Part shown: in pieces, positions 60,249 to 64,000 of the stretch
Numbering within the stretch: the stretch's first letter is position 1
Layout of the letters: every line of letters begins with the position of its first letter
NCBI GenBank assembly: GCA_016776605.1
Contig: JADHTB010000017.1
Location: forward strand, 18,755 to 82,754
Source of the DNA: Alphaproteobacteria bacterium
GTDB taxonomy: Bacteria > Pseudomonadota > Alphaproteobacteria > GCA-2731375
DNA: 64,000 nt
Direction of reading: 5' to 3'
The notes under the pieces: model-generated
Database searches by the model: none
What the model saw: the letters and a program-made list of their open reading frames with translations, nothing else
Told to the model about the DNA's origin: nothing
Translations under genes and position numbers: made by a program

Positions 60249-60278
60249 GCCATTTTCGATATTCATCGAAACGCCGAG

Positions 60279-60347
60279 CCGCCCGCCCCCCCTCCCGGCC
60301 ACCCATAGATCATAATCCCGTGGGTGGCCGGGAGGGGGAGCGGGCGG
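60279..60347. terminator. Long GC-rich inverted repeat between convergent genes
   Basis: ~27-bp arms CCGCCCGCCCCCCCTCCCGGCCACCCA / TGGGTGGCCGGGAGGGGGAGCGGGCGG, 15-nt loop, no U-tract. Confidence 0.5.
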
Positions 60348-60374
60348 TTAAGCCAATCTGGAAAACGGCTTAGG

Positions 60375-60815
60375 CTATTCGCAGGGCAGGCCTTTGGCCA
60401 GATCCTGGGCGATGAGATTGGCCGCCGGAACGTCGCGGTATTTGGGGTGTCTCCCCAGCCAGGCCCGCCCCTTGGCCATCAGCGCGATGACCGCAACGTC
60501 GCGCATTTCGGGGTGTTTCACCAGCCAGGCTTCAAGCTTGCCAAGCAGAAAGGAAAACGACACGTCGTGGTATTGCGGATACTTCTTTAACCAGGCTTGC
60601 ACGGCGGCTCGGACCTGGGTCTTGCTGACACCGTCGGGCAGGCATTTTTTCCAATCCGACGGCGCGGCTTTGTTATCCCTGGCCCCATCAGGAGCAGCTT
60701 TAGCAGTCGTTTCAGTAGCCGCGGCGCGGTGAATTCCGGTCGCGAAATCCTTCGCCTCCGCCGACGCCGCCATTCCAATCAGCAACGCCACCAGCAATAA
60801 CGCTCTCATGCCCAT
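60375..60815 (-). CDS. Secreted Rap1a/Tai4-like protein with an internal 22-aa triplication
   Basis: Signal peptide; C.P..V...Q...V..WL..HP...D.PA..LI...L....PC pattern. Confidence 0.6.
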   Translation of the reverse strand: MGMRALLLVALLIGMAASAEAKDFATGIHRAAATETTAKAAPDGARDNKAAPSDWKKCLPDGVSKTQVRAAVQAWLKKYPQYHDVSFSFLLGKLEAWLVKHPEMRDVAVIALMAKGRAWLGRHPKYRDVPAANLIAQDLAKGLPCE

Positions 60816-60821
60816 CGCCCC

Positions 60822-62030
60822 CTAGATCACGCCATCTTCGCGCAGGCTGGCGATCTCGGCCTCGTCCAGGCCCAGCCAGGTAGCGTAAACGGCGTCGTTA
60901 TCCTGGCCCAGCTTGGGGTTCAGGGTCAGTTCCATGGGTTCGGTGCCGTGAAAGCGGATGGGGCTGTGATGGGCGGCGATACGGCCCACGTCCGGGTGAT
61001 CGATCCAGCGCAGCATGCCGCGTTGATGCATATGTTCATCGTTCACCACCTCTTCCAGATCGCGCACGGCGGCGGTGGGCACATGGTGGCGCTGGGCGGC
61101 GGCCTCGCCCTCGGCTTTGCTCATGCTGGCGATCCAGGCGCCAACCATGGCGTCAACCTCGTCCATATTCTTGACCCGGGCATCGTTGGTCAGAAAGCGC
61201 GGATCGTCGGCCAGGTCCTCGCGCCCCATGGCCTGTAGCAGAAATTGCCAATGCTCCTCGCGCACAACGATAATGGCGACATAGCCGTCCTTGGCGGGAT
61301 AGACGTTGTAGGGCACCACGGACAGGCCGCCGTGCTTGTTGCCGGTGCGGGAGAGGACCTCGCCACCGGATTGCGTCTGCCCGAAATACATTCCCAGGTT
61401 CGAGGCCAGGGTGGGGAAGATGGAATCCAGCATGGCGACCTCCACCAGGCGGCCCTTGCCGGTGCGCTCGCGCTCGTACAGGGCGGTCACCACGGCGCCG
61501 TACAGATGGGTGCCGGTGATAAAATCAACGATCGCCGGGCCGGCCTTGACCGGGGGGCCGTCGGGGAAGCCGGTGACATGCATCACGCCGCCCACCGCCT
61601 GTACCGTCAAATCCATGGCCAGATCGTCGCGCCGGGGCCCATCGCGCCCATAGCCGGAGCCCGAGGCATAGACCAGGGCCGGGTTCAGGGCCATCAGGCT
61701 ATCGGGGCCCACGCCCAGGCGGTCCATCACCGTGGGGGCGAAATTTTCCAGCAGTACATCCGCCTGCATGACCATTTTGCGCAGTAATTCGCGGCCCCTC
61801 TCGTGCTTCAGGTTGAGGGTGATGCCTTCCTTATTGGCGTTCAGCATGGCCAGCGGCACCGAGCCGCCTTCGACACCAACCCGGCGGCGCAATGGTTCGC
61901 CGATGCGCGGCTCTATCTTGATCACCCGGGCCCCGGCCATGGCCAGCATGAACGAGGCATAGGGGCCATTATAGATCTGACCAAAATCAAGGACGGTGAC
62001 CCCATCCAGGGGGTAGGAAGACGCTGACAT
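60822..62030 (-). CDS. Family III (CaiB/BaiF) CoA-transferase
   Basis: VLDFGQIYNGP, VIKIE, NANK, ENFAP, AMDLTVQA. Confidence 0.9.
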   Translation of the reverse strand: MSASSYPLDGVTVLDFGQIYNGPYASFMLAMAGARVIKIEPRIGEPLRRRVGVEGGSVPLAMLNANKEGITLNLKHERGRELLRKMVMQADVLLENFAPTVMDRLGVGPDSLMALNPALVYASGSGYGRDGPRRDDLAMDLTVQAVGGVMHVTGFPDGPPVKAGPAIVDFITGTHLYGAVVTALYERERTGKGRLVEVAMLDSIFPTLASNLGMYFGQTQSGGEVLSRTGNKHGGLSVVPYNVYPAKDGYVAIIVVREEHWQFLLQAMGREDLADDPRFLTNDARVKNMDEVDAMVGAWIASMSKAEGEAAAQRHHVPTAAVRDLEEVVNDEHMHQRGMLRWIDHPDVGRIAAHHSPIRFHGTEPMELTLNPKLGQDNDAVYATWLGLDEAEIASLREDGVI

Positions 62031-62121
62031 ATGGAACCTCTTGCAACGAAACGACTGAAAGCCTGCCCCATTATAACCTGCCCAAGGGGCGACGGGCGCG
62101 AAATTAAGGAAGCCACCGTAA

Positions 62122-63345
62122 ATGCCGACCAATACGACCCTGCGCGCAACTGTTTTCACGACCCTGTTCTCGGGTGGCTTTCGCCCGTTTTTCCTTTTCG
62201 CGGGCGGCTATGGCACCCTGGCCGTGGGCGCCTGGGCGGGCTGGCTGGGTGGGGCGTGGAACCTGCCTCAAGTCTATCCGGCCAGCCAGTTGCACGCCCA
62301 CGAGATGATGTACGGCTTTGCCCTGGCCGCCATTGCCGGTTTTCTGCTGACGGCGGTGCCCCAATGGACGGGCGGCAAGGCGTTGCGGGGGCCGGGTCTG
62401 GCGGTGCTGGCGGGCACCTGGTTAGGGGGCCGGCTGGCGATGTTGGGGGCGGGCGCGGTAGGACCAGTGGCGGCAATGGCCCTGGATATGATTTTTCCGC
62501 TGGCCCTGTGTGCGGTGATCGGGGCGATGTTGCTGCGGGCGGGAAACCGGCGCAACTATGGCTTTATCGCGATCCTGGCCGTTGCCGCCCTGGCCAATCT
62601 TTGCTGGCATCTGGAAATGTCGGGCCTGGCCCCGGATGGGTTCGAAAATATCGCTGAAAGCGCCCAGCAATTGATGTTGAACCTGTTGCTGCTCATCGTC
62701 GCCATCATGGGCGGCCGGGTGATCCCAATGTTTACCGCCAATTGGCTGCGCCGCCAGGGCCAGAGCCTGGCCATGCGCCATCCGGTCTGGCTGCAACGGC
62801 TGTGCCTGGGTGGGTTGATCGCGGTGACCCTGGCGGAATTTCTGGCGCCCCATTTCGATCAATTGGACCCGCGCCTGGCCGGCGCCCTGGCGCTGGCCAC
62901 CGGCATCGCCTTGCTGGCGCGGCTGTGGGGTTGGAAGGGCTATCGGACCCTGGCGCATCCGCTGGTCTGGATTATGCATCTGGCCTATTTCTGGCTGGGC
63001 CTGGCCCTGTTGGCCAAGGCCGGGCATTATCTGGACGCTGGCATTCCCATGGCCGCCGCCCGCCACGCCGCCGCCATGGGGGCGGTGGGCAGCATGATCA
63101 TGGCCATCATGCCCCGGGTCAGCCTGGGCCATACGGGCCGCGACCTGATCTTGCCCCGGCCCATGCTGGCCGCCTATGGGCTGTATGTGGCGGCACCCCT
63201 ATTGCGGGTCGCCAGCCCGTTTCTGGATGGCGCCTGGTATCAGACCTCCCTGATGCTGTCGGGCCTGTGCTGGACGCTAGCCTTCGCCATCTTCATCTAC
63301 ACCTTCGCCCCCATGCTAACCGCCCCACGGGTCGATGCCCGCTGA
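62122..63345 (+). CDS. nnrS: NnrS family membrane protein
   Basis: GFRPFFL, HAHEMMYG, GFLLTAVPQWTG, GGRVIPMFT, RVSLGHTGR. Confidence 0.92.
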   Translation: MPTNTTLRATVFTTLFSGGFRPFFLFAGGYGTLAVGAWAGWLGGAWNLPQVYPASQLHAHEMMYGFALAAIAGFLLTAVPQWTGGKALRGPGLAVLAGTWLGGRLAMLGAGAVGPVAAMALDMIFPLALCAVIGAMLLRAGNRRNYGFIAILAVAALANLCWHLEMSGLAPDGFENIAESAQQLMLNLLLLIVAIMGGRVIPMFTANWLRRQGQSLAMRHPVWLQRLCLGGLIAVTLAEFLAPHFDQLDPRLAGALALATGIALLARLWGWKGYRTLAHPLVWIMHLAYFWLGLALLAKAGHYLDAGIPMAAARHAAAMGAVGSMIMAIMPRVSLGHTGRDLILPRPMLAAYGLYVAAPLLRVASPFLDGAWYQTSLMLSGLCWTLAFAIFIYTFAPMLTAPRVDAR

Positions 63346-63353
63346 GATAGTCC

Positions 63354-63417
63354 GATTTAATACGGGGACACAATACTTATATTAAGTGATATAAGTATTG
63401 TGTCCCCGTATTAAATC
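63354..63417. repeat. AT-rich REP-like palindrome, copy 3
   Basis: 29-bp perfect arms, 6-nt loop; between convergent nnrS and pdxH. Confidence 0.9.
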
Positions 63418-63420
63418 CAA

Positions 63421-63493
63421 GCCGCGACGGCGGCCCGGCGCCCCTGTGCCGCCCTAGTGGAGCCGTGCGCCAAAGGCGCACTGGCGTGAACGA
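63421..63493 (+). repeat. ~73-bp GC-rich intergenic repeat, copy 2
   Basis: First 24 bp identical to 23180-23203; GTGCGCC-AAA-GGCGCAC hairpin. Confidence 0.8.
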
Positions 63494-63501
63494 AAACAGC
63501 G

Positions 63502-64000
63502 CTAAGGAAACAGCTTCTCCAGGCGCCAGTTATCGCCGTCGCGGATGAAGACCTGGCGCTCGTGCAAACGGAAGGGGCGCTCCCGCCAGAATTCCAGCCG
63601 TTGCGGCACTACGCGAAAGCCCGACCAGAAATCGGGGCGGGGCACCTTGCCCAGGGCATATCGGGCGGCATACCTGGCCACCGCCTTTTCCAGGGCAAAG
63701 CGGTCCGGCAGCACCTGGGATTGCCGCGAGGCCCAGGCGCCGATCTGGCTGTCCCTGGCGCGCGAGGCGTAATAGGCGTCCGCCTCGGCATCGCTGACTA
63801 CCTCGACAGCGCCCTGGACCCGGAATTGCCGGCCCAGGGATTTCCAGTGAAAGCACAACGCCGCCTTTGGGTTGGCCAGCAGTTCGCCGCCCTTGGCGCT
63901 GCCCATGTTGGTGTAAAAGACAAAGCCCGTGGCATCCACCGCCTTCAACAGCACCATGCGCACGTTGGGCATACCGTCCGCATCGGTGCTGGCCACCGCC
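63502..64000 (-). CDS. pdxH: Pyridoxamine 5'-phosphate oxidase (5' part outside the window)
   Basis: [25 protein letters not shown]...FRLHER. Confidence 0.95.
   Translation of the reverse strand, partial: AVASTDADGMPNVRMVLLKAVDATGFVFYTNMGSAKGGELLANPKAALCFHWKSLGRQFRVQGAVEVVSDAEADAYYASRARDSQIGAWASRQSQVLPDRFALEKAVARYAARYALGKVPRPDFWSGFRVVPQRLEFWRERPFRLHERQVFIRDGDNWRLEKLFP

Noticed and set aside
62031-62121. NnrR/FNR box upstream of nnrS
   Set aside because: No convincing TTG-N8-CAA palindrome visible
6168-63417. Palindromic repeats as CRISPR repeats or integron attC sites
   Set aside because: Copies are isolated and tens of kb apart, with no spacer array, cas gene or integrase, and no RYYYAAC/GTTRRRY ends

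Overview
GC-rich alphaproteobacterial chromosome segment, probably from a marine Rhodospirillales-like organism (inferred from gltBD, rpoH-rluD, nnrS-pdxH and dsyB). It holds about 60 genes, mostly catabolic or redox enzymes (SDRs, family III CoA-transferases, LLM oxidoreductases, FAH, VOC, amidohydrolases). I found no rRNA, tRNA, CRISPR array, transposase or phage genes. Highlights: (1) two ORF-track fragments (3981-4289 and 2604-3887, minus strand) form one frame broken only by an in-frame UGA in a G-D-U-G-S-C motif, followed by a bacterial SECIS-like hairpin, i.e. a ~554-aa UGSC-type selenoprotein fusion; (2) a DsyB-like DMSP-synthesis methyltransferase; (3) an operon of a formyl-CoA-transferase-like gene, a 2-hydroxyacyl-CoA lyase and an SDR; (4) several families of non-coding palindromic repeats: 105-bp TAGAGCA-ended elements with remnants at TAG stop codons, a 263-bp multibranched element, 56-64-bp AT-rich palindromes and a 73-bp GC-rich repeat; (5) an RpoH with a Lys/Ala-rich N-terminal extension and a Rap1a-like protein with a 22-aa triplication. 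Product calls come from motif recognition by eye; no database searches were run.
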